Positions 1 to 9,181 of a DNA stretch of 64,000 bases are shown here, piece after piece; position 1 is the stretch's first letter, and each line of letters begins with the position of its first letter. The DNA is from Elusimicrobiota bacterium (lineage in GTDB: Bacteria; Elusimicrobiota; Elusimicrobia; F11), in NCBI GenBank assembly GCA_044221725.1, contig JBGAON010000003.1:1-64000 (forward strand). Direction: 5' to 3'. The notes under the pieces were generated by a model. The model ran no database searches and was not told the origin of the DNA. It saw only the letters and a program-made list of their open reading frames with translations. Position numbers and translations under genes: made by a program.

Positions 1-65
1 AACACCAACCGTATAGCCCCAGCTTTGAACTCATCCGTAAAAATCCGCCGCGGACGGCGGGACAT
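1..65 (-). CDS. IS3-family transposase OrfA, N-terminus (partial)
   Basis: Manual translation from ATG 65 gives MSRRPRRIFTDEFKAGAIRLV, matching the RRxF(T/S)xEFKxxAVxLV pattern of HTH_Tnp_1. Not in the ORF track because it is truncated. Confidence 0.8.
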   Translation of the reverse strand, partial: MSRRPRRIFTDEFKAGAIRLV

Positions 66-140
66 CTTCCTATCCTGTATTTCCATTGTGGACATCATAT
101 ACCACTCTCCTTATGTGTCCACCAAATCGGGTCAATCCCA
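1..140 (-). mobile_element. IS3-family insertion sequence, left end (element continues beyond window start)
   Basis: The minus strand from 140 reads TGGGATTGACCCGATTTGGTGGACAC, a TG-start IS3-type terminal repeat (115-140). An orfA start follows at 65. Confidence 0.8.
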
Positions 141-162
141 CAAGAGGCCATTTCATTCGAAA

Positions 163-185
163 GTGATGGCAGAGTGTATGGGAAA
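163..185 (+). repeat. Tandem arm-like motif pair GTG-ATGGCAGA / GTGTATGGGAAA
   Basis: Same TGTATGG motif as at 5381-5404, 8086-8109 and 9352-9375. The first copy has a 1-nt deletion. Confidence 0.5.
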
Positions 186-308
186 GCACAATGCAATGGT
201 CGCTGGGGTGCAGGTATTGATGGGGGGCGTACAGGCGTGCAATTGGTCTATGGTTATAGACGGAAATATGCGAACAAATTCCTTTTAGGACTATTCGGAG
301 GGCAATAT

Positions 309-728
309 ATGCGATTTGCAATAACAATAATTCTTCTAACGTTTTCTTCTGTATGTAGAGCGGAATCAAAGGCAGAAACCCAGATCAAAAATTCGTTCTT
401 AACTCTGAGTGCTTTTGAATGCTCGGCCATTGCTCCAAATGACAAAGAGATAGAGCGGCTATTCGTGCTCGGTCTAAACGCAGGTCGGGAATTCATCGCG
501 TATGCAAATTCTCATGCTGATACATATGGGAAGGAACTTCATCCACATGTTGCTGTCCTATGGAATTTGACTAGTGGGCCATCCCCTGATTTTATTCTGG
601 GGCAAATTTATGCTGATCGAGTGGACGATGTTTATAAACAAAAGGATCCGTTGTCAGATGATGCTGTTTGGAAAATCAAAAAGGAAAATATGTATCGGGA
701 GAAAAACTGCGCCTTGCTTGGTAGGTGA
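309..728 (+). CDS. Hypothetical exported protein
   Basis: Within ORF 174..728. ATG 309 gives a signal-peptide-like start MRFAITIILLTFSSVCRA. No family recognised. Confidence 0.6.
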   Translation: MRFAITIILLTFSSVCRAESKAETQIKNSFLTLSAFECSAIAPNDKEIERLFVLGLNAGREFIAYANSHADTYGKELHPHVAVLWNLTSGPSPDFILGQIYADRVDDVYKQKDPLSDDAVWKIKKENMYREKNCALLGR

Positions 729-776
729 AAAATTATCATTGGATATACCAGCTCCGTGACCAGGCTCTAAAAATTC

Positions 777-1703
777 ATGCCTACAAATAGCAAAGAGTCG
801 AGATGGTTCTTTTCTCCTAAACATGGATTGTTCCTGCCGATGAAGATTACAGACATGCAACGAAAAGGTATTGATTCCTTCGAAAGCATCGCTCTTGTTG
901 GCGAAAAAATGTTGGCATTTTTCCAGCAGCAGAATATCCAGGAGAAGGACGGATCCGATTTATCTAGTCTCGTTGCGAACTCGCGAAAGCTGGCAGACGC
1001 TTGGAAAAATAAATCAATTGCATCGGAACATCATGAATTGATTTGGGATTTGCTCACTATTCAACGAGTTGCCCCTGCTATTGTGTCGTTAGACGGCATA
1101 TCCGGCATTAAGCAACTTTTAATAAAGCTCGCTACAGGACCCTTAAGTATGAATCGACGTGAACCTTCGGTAGCTAAAGATACTTTTTGGGAAGTTGAAG
1201 TTTGGTATCGAGCAAAACGATCGGATTTGAACGCTGACTTAAAAGAGCCTGATGTTATTTGGCAGGAAGACGGGATGACAACCGGCGTTGCCTGTAAAAA
1301 GGTGTATTCCGAAAAAAACGTAAAAGATCCCTTATATAGAGCAACGGTACAGATTCGAAATTATTCTGGATTTGGTTTTGCCGCATTCAATTTGGACGAG
1401 TTAATTCCTCAAGGTCAAATGCTAGAGGTTGATCGCCCAGACGATACGGTGAAAGAGCTCAATAGGATTAATAGCGAATTTCTTCAAAGGCATAATGATG
1501 ATTTTGTTGAGCAGTTCGAAAATCAACGGGTTAGCGGGGCCCTTGTTAGCTGCTCATGTCTTGTGCACGCGCGAAGTGAAAACCTTTATTATCTGGGGAA
1601 TCAATGGAATATTTGGAGTCACCCAAAGTTAAATTCTGAACATAAAAACAGAATTGAACGATTCAAAAATGCTTTGCAGCAATCTTGGTCGAATAACCCA
1701 TAA
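777..1703 (+). CDS. Hypothetical protein, possible PD-(D/E)xK restriction-endonuclease-like fold
   Basis: 308-aa AT-rich ORF with FWEVEV...EPDVIW...GVACKK, resembling an E...PD...(D/E)xK arrangement with Ala at the acidic position. True start may be ATG 840. Confidence 0.55.
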   Translation: MPTNSKESRWFFSPKHGLFLPMKITDMQRKGIDSFESIALVGEKMLAFFQQQNIQEKDGSDLSSLVANSRKLADAWKNKSIASEHHELIWDLLTIQRVAPAIVSLDGISGIKQLLIKLATGPLSMNRREPSVAKDTFWEVEVWYRAKRSDLNADLKEPDVIWQEDGMTTGVACKKVYSEKNVKDPLYRATVQIRNYSGFGFAAFNLDELIPQGQMLEVDRPDDTVKELNRINSEFLQRHNDDFVEQFENQRVSGALVSCSCLVHARSENLYYLGNQWNIWSHPKLNSEHKNRIERFKNALQQSWSNNP

Positions 1704-1809
1704 GTTCTTCACAGAACCACATTTCTCCGTCGATGATTTGATAAGATTGCAATCCCTCAATAGCAACTCCCTCCGGTAAACAAATCTCCCCCTCCGAAAG
1801 GAAGGTCTC

Positions 1810-2343
1810 ATGAAAGCCATCGCAACATCAGCACATGTAGAGAAATTGATCCACGTAATCCGAAACCAAACCGTCATGTTCGATTCCGACCTGGCTAGGC
1901 TCTATGGAGTCACAACTGGCAATCTTAATCTTGCCGTCAAGCGAAATCGGGAACGCTTCCCCGCAGATTTCATGTTTGCGTTGACGGAAGTGGAGAGCAA
2001 ATCTTTGGTCTTGCAATTTGCAATATCAAACGGTCGGGGAGGACGGCGGACACCACCAAATGTATTCACGGAACAGGGCGTCGCTATGTTGTCATCGGTC
2101 TTGAACAGCCGTCGGGCCATTCAAGTCAACATCCAAATCATGCGGGCTTTCACCAGGCTTAAAGGATTTCATACCTCGTATGAAAATCTCCGCAAAGAGA
2201 TTCGAAAGATGCGAGGCAAATATGACAAGCAATTCGCGGTTGTTTTCGACGCGATTAATAGCCTTCTGGATGGTCCTAAAAAGCATTTCAAAATAAAAGG
2301 ATTCACTGAGTCGGCTTCGTCGAGGCCCCCGATAAAGGTGTAA
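1810..2343 (+). CDS. ORF6N domain DNA-binding protein
   Basis: IRNQTVMFDSDLARLYGV...AVKRNRERFPADFMF...GGRR..P..FTEQGVAMLSSVLNS is the typical ORF6N signature. Confidence 0.9.
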   Translation: MKAIATSAHVEKLIHVIRNQTVMFDSDLARLYGVTTGNLNLAVKRNRERFPADFMFALTEVESKSLVLQFAISNGRGGRRTPPNVFTEQGVAMLSSVLNSRRAIQVNIQIMRAFTRLKGFHTSYENLRKEIRKMRGKYDKQFAVVFDAINSLLDGPKKHFKIKGFTESASSRPPIKV

Positions 2344-2362
2344 TAGCACCATCAAAATCATC
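2342..2362 (+). repeat. 21-bp direct repeat, copy A (AATAGCACCATCAAAATCATC)
   Basis: 20/21 identical to 5323-5343. Confidence 0.75.
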
Positions 2363-2498
2363 TATATGATGCCGATCATATTGAGTTGACACTGCAAATG
2401 AGAACATCTTCATGAATTTAAGCACAGCGTTTGAAAATAGGTCCGTCCGGCCTGTCATGAACGGGGGTGCGCAAATTTTTAGATAGAAGGAGGGATTT

Positions 2499-4499
2499 AT
2501 GAAAAACAGAATCATTGGTTGTCAGCGGCAACTATTCATGCCTTTGATGGGATTCATAATGACGGCGCTGGCCCTAAACATACCCTATGTCATCGCCGCT
2601 GAACGTCCAAAACCGGCGGAGAAAACCACTCAAGAGGTCAATGCCCAGCTTTTTACAGAGCTTCCTTTCTCCGATAAGACCAGTTTTGAATTGGCCCATC
2701 GGGGATTCATAGCTCCGTTGTCGCCAGCGGTAATTAAAGGGAAGCAAGGCAACCCGATATGGGACCCCGCAAAGTACGCCTTTATTAAGGAAGGAGACAC
2801 GGCTCCGGCTACCGTGAACCCGAGCTTGTGGCGGCAATCCCAGTTGCTGAATATTTCAGGCCTTTTCAAAGTCACCGACGGTATATATCAAGTTCGCAAC
2901 CAAGATCTTTCCAACATGACCATCGTCGAAGGTAAAAAGGGGCTCACGATATTTGACCCTCTAATTTCTGTGGAAACGGCCAAAGCAGCGCTGGCCCTTT
3001 ATTTCCAACACCGGCCCAAGAAACCTGTTGTTGCGGTGGTCTATACGCACAGCCATGTGGATCACTATGGCGGCGTGCGGGGCGTTGTGGATCAAGCGGA
3101 TGTGGATGCGAAAAAAGTTGCCGTTTTTGCTCCCTCTGGTTTTTTGGAAGCCGCGGTGGCCGAAAACGTGATGGCCGGAACCGCTATGAGCCGGCGCGCC
3201 AGTTATATGTACGGAAACCTCTTGCCGCCCAGCCCCACCGGTCAGGTGGGAGCGGGTCTCGGCACCACGACATCCGCCGGCACGGTTACATTGATCCCAC
3301 CGACCGACATCATCGAAAAAACCGGCGAGATCCGCGTTATCGATGGATTGACGTATGAGTTTTTGATGGCGCCCGGGAGTGAAGCTCCATCCGAGATGCT
3401 GTGTTATATCAAGGAAAAGAAAGCGATCAACGCCGCGGAAGATGCAACGCACACGCTGCACAACACGTATTCGCTCCGAGGCGCCAAGATCCGCGATCCT
3501 CTGGCCTGGTCCAAATACTTAAATCAAGCGTTGAAGATGTGGGGAAACGAGGTGGAAGTGTTATTCGCTATGCACCATTGGCCAGTTTGGGGACAAGAAG
3601 CCATTGTGAAGCACCTGTCGCTTCAGCGGGATATGTATCGCTACATCAATGATGAAACGCTTCGATTGGCCAACCACGGTTACACCATGGACGAGATCGC
3701 AGAACAGGTACAGTTGCCGCAAGAAATTGCCAACCATTTTTCAAATCGCGGTTATTACGGGTCATTGAGCCACGACGTCAAAGCCACCTACGTTCTCTAC
3801 CTCGGATGGTTTATCGGTAATCCCGCAACATTGTATGTGTTGCCACCGGAAGAAGCATCAAAACATTATGTTGAGATGATGGGCGGCATGAAAGGGCTGC
3901 TCAAAAAAGCGAAAAAATCCTACGAGAAAGGCGAGTATCGCTGGGTCGCCGAAGTGGTGAACCATGCAGTGTTCGCCGATCCGAGCAATCAGGAGGCGAA
4001 AAATCTACAGGCCGATGCTCTTGAGCAGTTGGGGTACCAGTCAGAAAGCGGTCCTTGGCGTAATTTCTATTTGACCGGAGCCAAGGAGTTAAGAGAGGGT
4101 GTAGCCAAACTTCCCACGCCGAACACGTCGAGCCCGGATACGGTAAAGGCCATGAGTCTGGATCTGTTTTTCGATTTTCTGGCCATGAGACTAAATGGCC
4201 CGAAGGCAGCAGGCAAGCGCATTGTGCTGAATTTCGACTTCACGGATCTAAAGCAGAAGTACAGCCTCGAAATGGTGAATGGCGTGTTGAACCACACGGA
4301 GGGGTTGGAGGCGAAAAACGCCGATGCAACCATTACGCTGACGCGAGACACGCTGAATAAGATCGTATTGAAGGAGACCACGCTGACAGATGCAATAACC
4401 GCTGGGAGCGTCAAGGTCAAGGGCAGCGAAGGCAAGCTGGAAGAGATGCTTTCTTATCTTGATAGTTTCGACTTCTGGTTCAATATCGTTACCCCATAA
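2499..4499 (+). CDS. Alkyl/aryl sulfatase (MBL fold, SdsA1/YjcS family) with dimerisation and SCP2-like C-terminal domains
   Basis: THSHVDHYGG metal motif, HNTYSLRGAKIRD, NRGYYGS, a signal peptide and C-terminal FWFNIVTP. Confidence 0.92.
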   Translation: MKNRIIGCQRQLFMPLMGFIMTALALNIPYVIAAERPKPAEKTTQEVNAQLFTELPFSDKTSFELAHRGFIAPLSPAVIKGKQGNPIWDPAKYAFIKEGDTAPATVNPSLWRQSQLLNISGLFKVTDGIYQVRNQDLSNMTIVEGKKGLTIFDPLISVETAKAALALYFQHRPKKPVVAVVYTHSHVDHYGGVRGVVDQADVDAKKVAVFAPSGFLEAAVAENVMAGTAMSRRASYMYGNLLPPSPTGQVGAGLGTTTSAGTVTLIPPTDIIEKTGEIRVIDGLTYEFLMAPGSEAPSEMLCYIKEKKAINAAEDATHTLHNTYSLRGAKIRDPLAWSKYLNQALKMWGNEVEVLFAMHHWPVWGQEAIVKHLSLQRDMYRYINDETLRLANHGYTMDEIAEQVQLPQEIANHFSNRGYYGSLSHDVKATYVLYLGWFIGNPATLYVLPPEEASKHYVEMMGGMKGLLKKAKKSYEKGEYRWVAEVVNHAVFADPSNQEAKNLQADALEQLGYQSESGPWRNFYLTGAKELREGVAKLPTPNTSSPDTVKAMSLDLFFDFLAMRLNGPKAAGKRIVLNFDFTDLKQKYSLEMVNGVLNHTEGLEAKNADATITLTRDTLNKIVLKETTLTDAITAGSVKVKGSEGKLEEMLSYLDSFDFWFNIVTP

Positions 4500-4502
4500 T
4501 TT

Positions 4503-5282
4503 ATGAAAGGGAATTGCGGTGTCCTTTTGGCATTGGGTTTAACGCTGTTCGCGCCGGCTTGGGCGGATGAAAATAATGCCGCCCAAGCCAATAATCCATT
4601 GGCCAATATGGTGGCGTTCAACGTTCAGCAGTATTTCATCGGGGAACTGACTGAGTCCGACGAGTCGGCCAACCAGTTTTGGTTGCGTTATGCTCAACCG
4701 TTCCGCGCATTCGATGGGAACTGGCTGTTGCGGGCGTCTTTGCCTATTAATAGTTTCCCGACGGGACCAAATAAAACGGAAACAGGCATTAGCGACTTAA
4801 ACTTGTTCACGTCTTATCTGTTCGACACCGGCAATCCCTCCGTGAGCTTTGGTTTTGGGCCCCAACTGACGCTACCGACCGCAACCAATCACAATCTGGG
4901 TTCTGAAAAATGGTCTGCTGGCTTGGTGAACGTATTGTTCAACGCCAAATCGAAAATTGTTCAGTTCGGTTATTTGCTCACGTGGCAGGCGAGTTTTGCG
5001 GGAGAGGACGACCGCGCCGATGTGAACGTCGGGGCTTTCCAGCCATTCCTTTTTTATCAATTGGGTAAAGGGCGTTACCTGCGGGCAGCGCCGATCTGGA
5101 ATTATAATTTCGAGAACGATTCTTACGGTGTTCCTCTTGGTGTGGGTATTGGACAAGTGATTCCAATGGCCAAGACTGTTTTCAATGTTTTTGTGGAGCC
5201 CCAGGTATCCGTTGCGGACCGCGGCCCCAGTCAACCGCAGTGGCAGATCTTCTTCGGCTTTAATATGCAGTTCTTGAAATGA
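4503..5282 (+). CDS. Putative outer-membrane beta-barrel (ANNPLA-type family often found next to sulfatases)
   Basis: Signal peptide, AQANNPLA motif, amphipathic strands and C-terminal FGFNMQF. Starts 3 nt after the sulfatase stop. Confidence 0.7.
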   Translation: MKGNCGVLLALGLTLFAPAWADENNAAQANNPLANMVAFNVQQYFIGELTESDESANQFWLRYAQPFRAFDGNWLLRASLPINSFPTGPNKTETGISDLNLFTSYLFDTGNPSVSFGFGPQLTLPTATNHNLGSEKWSAGLVNVLFNAKSKIVQFGYLLTWQASFAGEDDRADVNVGAFQPFLFYQLGKGRYLRAAPIWNYNFENDSYGVPLGVGIGQVIPMAKTVFNVFVEPQVSVADRGPSQPQWQIFFGFNMQFLK

Positions 5283-5322
5283 AGTAGATGGCCTTGACGC
5301 TGATTATGGTTCAGTGGAATGC

Positions 5323-5343
5323 AATAGCACTATCAAAATCATC
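5323..5343 (+). repeat. 21-bp direct repeat, copy B (AATAGCACTATCAAAATCATC)
   Basis: 20/21 identical to 2342-2362. The pair brackets the sulfatase and barrel genes. Confidence 0.75.
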
Positions 5344-5380
5344 GGTACTATGGCAGGTAGGGGTCGATCATCGCCCCATT

Positions 5381-5482
5381 TTGTATGGGAAATTGTATGG
5401 GAAAAAGGGTGGTTTTCCGTCGATGTGTCATAGTCCGTGGGATGCGATTACGATGGTTCCTCGCCCTTCAACTGGCACATAA
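5381..5482 (+). repeat. att-like junction 1: TTGTATGGGAAA x2 followed by gene tail SPWDAITMVPRPSTGT*
   Basis: Perfect 12-bp tandem at 5381-5404. The core agt ccg tgg gat gcg att acg atg gtt cct cgc cct starts at 5432, 39 nt after the start of the second motif. Stop at 5480-5482. Confidence 0.75.
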
Positions 5483-5607
5483 GTGCAGTAACTCTTGACG
5501 GAAATGATGACCGTAAATGAGTCGCGATCATCAATGTTAAATTCTCCATGTCTCGCCTTATTTCAAGCGGGACAACCCCTCAAGAATATTGAGGAGGTAA
5601 ATCACAA

Positions 5608-6278
5608 ATGAAAAATCTCACAAAGAAAGTCGGTCACTTTAACCTTAAAGAAGCGCCTCACGGGAAGGGAGCTGATAAATTACTTCAAGACATTCGAGCT
5701 CTTATCGAAAGCGCCCGTCGACATGTTGCACGCGTCGCCGATTCAAGTTTGGTCATGCTCCATTGGCATGTGGGCAAGAGAATCCGTGAAGATATTTTGA
5801 AGGAGAAGAGAGCCGAATATGGAAAGGGAATAATTGCGACATTGTCGCAACGATTGGGATGGAGTCACTTTGTCGAATTATTGCCTATCGAGGACTCACT
5901 AAAACGCGATTTTTATGCCGAAATGAGCACCTACTTTTTTATCATCGGAAGCTCAGACGTCTGGTTGCCATCGAACTCAAACTGGACAAATTCAAAGCCG
6001 AGTTCAAAGGCCAAATGGAACTGTATTTGCGTTGGTTGACGAAACATGAACAAGAGCCGAATGAAGAACCGCCTCTTGGTCTCATTTTGTGCGCCGGGAA
6101 ATCCGACGAACAAGTGGAACTTTTGGAATTGGAAAAAAGCGGTATCCGCGTGGCGGAATATATGACGGAGCTACCGCCACGTAAGCTGCTCGAAAGAAAA
6201 TTGCACAAAGCCATTCAACTCGCGCGTGAACGGCTGGCTCTCGCCCAAAAACAATCGAATGAGCGGAAAAGAAATTGA
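5608..6278 (+). pseudogene. YhcG/DUF1016 PD-(D/E)xK nuclease pseudogene (internal deletions plus frameshift)
   Basis: The N-part (HWHVGKRI...RAEYGK...LGWSHFVELL...RDFYAEM) is in the frame of 5608. The C-part (LLFYHRKLRRLVAIELK...GQMELYLRWL...PPLGLILC) is in the frame of 5859. The central region is missing. Confidence 0.85.
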
Positions 6279-6361
6279 AACTTCACAAGGTGTCTGGGAA
6301 GTGAAACGTTCTCGATTCGCGCACCGGGCCGCTGCACGATTAACAAGATGGGGTCGAACAA

Positions 6362-6380
6362 CTGCCACAGGTTGTGGCAG
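6362..6380. promoter_or_regulatory. Perfect 8-3-8 palindrome CTGCCACA-GGT-TGTGGCAG, candidate operator
   Basis: Lies immediately upstream of the likely helicase start (ATG 6395 or 6401). Confidence 0.5.
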
Positions 6381-6394
6381 AAATAAATGACCAT

Positions 6395-8014
6395 ATGACG
6401 ATGGTTGGCTCCCAATCAAAGTTTGTCTCGACGGGCACATCCAGCCGCACATTGGAATGGACCGAAGCTTTTTCGCATGCCTTCGACCTGATGGAGAACA
6501 GCAACAAGTCCCTTTTCATCACAGGAAAGGCGGGAACTGGAAAGTCGACACTGCTTCAATATTTTCGTGACCATACGAAAAAGGAGGTGGTGGTTCTGGC
6601 TCCGACGGGTGTAGCGGCGGTCAACATTAAAGGACAGACGATTCACTCATTCTTTCGCTTCAAACCGGACATCACGCCTGAAAAAGTAAATTCCATCAAG
6701 CTCAACCGTCGACAAAAACTGCTTTATAAGAAAATCAATACGCTCGTGATTGATGAGATTTCGATGGTCCGAGCTGATCTGTTGGACTGTGTGGATCGTT
6801 TCTTACGCCTTCATGGCCGAACACCAAGTGCTCCATTCGGTGGTCTTCAATTAATTGCGATTGGGGATCTCTATCAGCTCCCTCCTGTTGTCACATCTCG
6901 CGAGCAGGATATCTTCCGCTCGTATTATGAAAGCCCTTATTTTTTTGATGCTCGTGTGTTCAGCACGAATGGCAATGGATCATCAGGGATCCAATTGGAG
7001 TTGGTGGAATTAGAGAAAATATACCGACAGAAGGACGACGTTTTCATCGGTCTCCTGAATGCAATTAGGAATAACTCAGTTCAACCAGACCATTTGAAAA
7101 TGTTGGACGCTCGTCTTCAGCCGACCTTCAAGCCCAAAAAGAGCGATTTCTTTATTTATCTCACCACTAAAAACGACATGGCGGATGCCATAAATGAAGA
7201 GCGATTGAGAGAACTTCCAAACGGGATTCATCGGTACGAAGGCCGAATAGAAGGTGAATTCGATCGCAAGAATTTCCCAACACAGGAGGTTCTGGAGCTA
7301 AAAGAAAGCGCCCAAGTTATGCTCTTGAATAACCATCCTAAGGGACTTTGGGTGAATGGCACCATCGGTGTGGTTCAAAAAATTCATAAGCATCAAGGAG
7401 AACCAGATTCCATTGAAGTGAAGCTGGCGGACGGATCAACGGCCTGGGTCGAGCCTTACACGTGGGAAATGTTTCACACCACCTTTAATGCCGAGCACGG
7501 GCGGTTGGAATCGGAAACGATCGGCAGTTTTACTCAATATCCGCTTCGCCTTGCTTGGGCGGTGACCATTCACAAAAGCCAGGGGAAAACGTTTCCGCGT
7601 GTGATCGTCGATATCGGCAGTGGGACGTTTTCCCATGGACAGGTTTACGTCGCTTTAAGCCGTTGCACCAGCCTGGAGGGACTCGTTCTCATCAAGCCGA
7701 TTTTGAAAAGGCATATTTTTATGGACTGGCGTGTGGTGCGTTTTATGACACGGTTCCAATACCGTATCTCAGATGAAGCCATGCCCTTGAAAAACAAAAC
7801 TGAAATCGTTGATAGAGCTATCCATGAGAAAAAAGATTTGGAAATCATTTATCTCAAGTCCAACGATGAGAAATCCCACCGGCGAATTCGGCCGGAGCGG
7901 CGGGGAGCTATGGAATATATGGGAAAAACCTTCGAAGGACTTGAAGCTTACTGCCACGAACGGAAAGAAACCCGCGTTTTTCGTCTTGACCGAATTCTCA
8001 AGATCTTAGGTTGA
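6395..8014 (+). CDS. Pif1/RecD-like SF1B helicase fused to a C-terminal WYL domain
   Basis: Helicase motifs GKAGTGKS, DEISM, GDLYQLPPV, PLRLAWAVTIHKSQG and GQVYVALSR. The tail AIHEKKDLEIIY...RRIRP...EAYCHERKETRVFRLDRI is WYL-like. Track start is GTG 6374. Confidence 0.88.
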   Translation: MTMVGSQSKFVSTGTSSRTLEWTEAFSHAFDLMENSNKSLFITGKAGTGKSTLLQYFRDHTKKEVVVLAPTGVAAVNIKGQTIHSFFRFKPDITPEKVNSIKLNRRQKLLYKKINTLVIDEISMVRADLLDCVDRFLRLHGRTPSAPFGGLQLIAIGDLYQLPPVVTSREQDIFRSYYESPYFFDARVFSTNGNGSSGIQLELVELEKIYRQKDDVFIGLLNAIRNNSVQPDHLKMLDARLQPTFKPKKSDFFIYLTTKNDMADAINEERLRELPNGIHRYEGRIEGEFDRKNFPTQEVLELKESAQVMLLNNHPKGLWVNGTIGVVQKIHKHQGEPDSIEVKLADGSTAWVEPYTWEMFHTTFNAEHGRLESETIGSFTQYPLRLAWAVTIHKSQGKTFPRVIVDIGSGTFSHGQVYVALSRCTSLEGLVLIKPILKRHIFMDWRVVRFMTRFQYRISDEAMPLKNKTEIVDRAIHEKKDLEIIYLKSNDEKSHRRIRPERRGAMEYMGKTFEGLEAYCHERKETRVFRLDRILKILG

Positions 8015-8085
8015 GCGATCAGCTATTACTGCAACCGCAAATATTGACGGTGCAATAACGGAGATTCATGAAAAAGGCTCAAAAC

Positions 8086-8181
8086 TTGTACGCCAGTTTG
8101 TATGTCAAATGGGGTCGTTTCTCAACGGAAGCATACTGTCCGTGGGACGCTATCTCCATGGTTCCGCGCCCTCAACCCTGA
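8086..8181 (+). repeat. att-like junction 2: TTGTACGCCAGT/TTGTATGTCAAA followed by gene tail YCPWDAISMVPRPQP*
   Basis: Tandem 12-mers at 8086-8109. The core tgt ccg tgg gac gct atc tcc atg gtt ccg cgc cct starts at 8137, again 39 nt after the second motif start. Stop at 8179-8181. Confidence 0.75.
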
Positions 8182-8208
8182 AAATTACGCCTGAGCGGCT
8201 CGGATTAG

Positions 8209-8244
8209 AAAAACTTAAGGACGGTTTTTGCGCCTAAGTTTTTT
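8209..8244. terminator. Probable bidirectional intrinsic terminator
   Basis: Imperfect hairpin AAAAACTTAAGG...CCTAAGTTTTTT with A and T tracts, between junction 2 and the convergent HTH gene. Confidence 0.5.
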
Positions 8245-8277
8245 GTCGCCTTAGCTACGTCCCCGCCATGTTGAATG

Positions 8278-8769
8278 TTACCGCGCCCACGGCGTTCCGA
8301 TTTTTACCGCATCCAGTTGCAAGGCTTTGGCGATTTTGAGCAGCGTTGTGCGCTGAGGCATGGAACTAGAATTAAAGAAGCGAGAAAGGGACGGTTGGGG
8401 GATGCCGGTTAATTCGGAAAGACGTTTCACCCCGCCGGCTTTGTCCACTTCCACCAAAAGAGAATCTTTAAAGGCGCGAATGTCCTTTGCTACTGATTCC
8501 AAGTCATTGAAGCGAATATAAGGGCCCTCTTCTTTCTCTTGTTTCGCACAATCATCGATCATGTCCTGGATGTCAGCGACAATTTCATCCCGCTCTTTGT
8601 TATCAGTCTCGTTGATCCAGAGTTTCATGAGATCATAGACGCCCTCGAATTCGGTGGCGGTGTTCACTGCGGCGGCAATGAATTCGGCCGAGAGGCCGCT
8701 TTTTTTCATCGCTCCAGCGATTTCATACAGTTCCATTTGAAGGGTGGGGGCCAGCGCTTGGTTTTTCAT
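8278..8769 (-). CDS. XRE/Cro-type HTH protein, putative antitoxin with N-terminal extension
   Basis: C-terminal GGVKRLSELTGIPQPSLSRFF...TLLKIAKAL helix-turn-helix. Overlaps the upstream gene by ATGA. Confidence 0.75.
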   Translation of the reverse strand: MKNQALAPTLQMELYEIAGAMKKSGLSAEFIAAAVNTATEFEGVYDLMKLWINETDNKERDEIVADIQDMIDDCAKQEKEEGPYIRFNDLESVAKDIRAFKDSLLVEVDKAGGVKRLSELTGIPQPSLSRFFNSSSMPQRTTLLKIAKALQLDAVKIGTPWAR

Positions 8770-9143
8770 GATAATCTCCCTCGCTCGGTGAATCGACCGA
8801 GACGAATCAATTGCAAATGAGTTTTAAATCGAGCCAACATGCGGGCTTCTTTCTTTGGATCCAGTTTCACGTAGGCCTCACACAAATACGCCATTCCGAG
8901 AAGTCCAACTGGAAGGCGGATTTGAACCTTTCCATTTCCCATTTGATGCCACTTCATTTTGTACCCGTCCTGAATTTCCGGCGACCAAAAATTGTCCTGA
9001 GAAAATTTCGGATGGTTAGGATAAACCTTTAAAAGCAACACATCGGGCCGAATTTTTCCGCGATACTCCTGGGCCGAAAACGCACCCTCCGCCTTCAACT
9101 CCAGATAGGAATTCAAGCCCCACTCTGTGATAACGATTTCCAT
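8766..9143 (-). CDS. Putative RelE/HigB-like toxin
   Basis: About 125 aa, basic. The tail IRLPV...YLCEAYVK...EARMLAR resembles RelE/Gp49-like tails. Toxin-first order, coupled to an HTH gene. Track start is 9155. Confidence 0.5.
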   Translation of the reverse strand: MEIVITEWGLNSYLELKAEGAFSAQEYRGKIRPDVLLLKVYPNHPKFSQDNFWSPEIQDGYKMKWHQMGNGKVQIRLPVGLLGMAYLCEAYVKLDPKKEARMLARFKTHLQLIRLGRFTERGRLS

Positions 9144-9181
9144 GCCTATCTCCACTTGGAGGGATCTGTTTTACTCTTAGT

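Noticed and set aside
238..255. TGC AAT TGG TCT ATG GTT (CNWSMV) as a fourth ferredoxin-tail core
   Set aside because: It needs a 9-nt deletion plus substitutions and does not keep the 39-nt spacing, so it is too weak to call.
5288..5482. 64-aa ORF ending SPWDAITMVPRPSTGT as a real gene
   Set aside because: It runs through the 21-bp repeat and the arm-like motifs and lacks the upstream CxxCxxC. It is better explained as a chance open frame into the displaced tail.
5859..6039. Programmed frameshift joining the two YhcG frames
   Set aside because: A large conserved central region is missing at the junction, so a deletion explains the frame change better than recoding.
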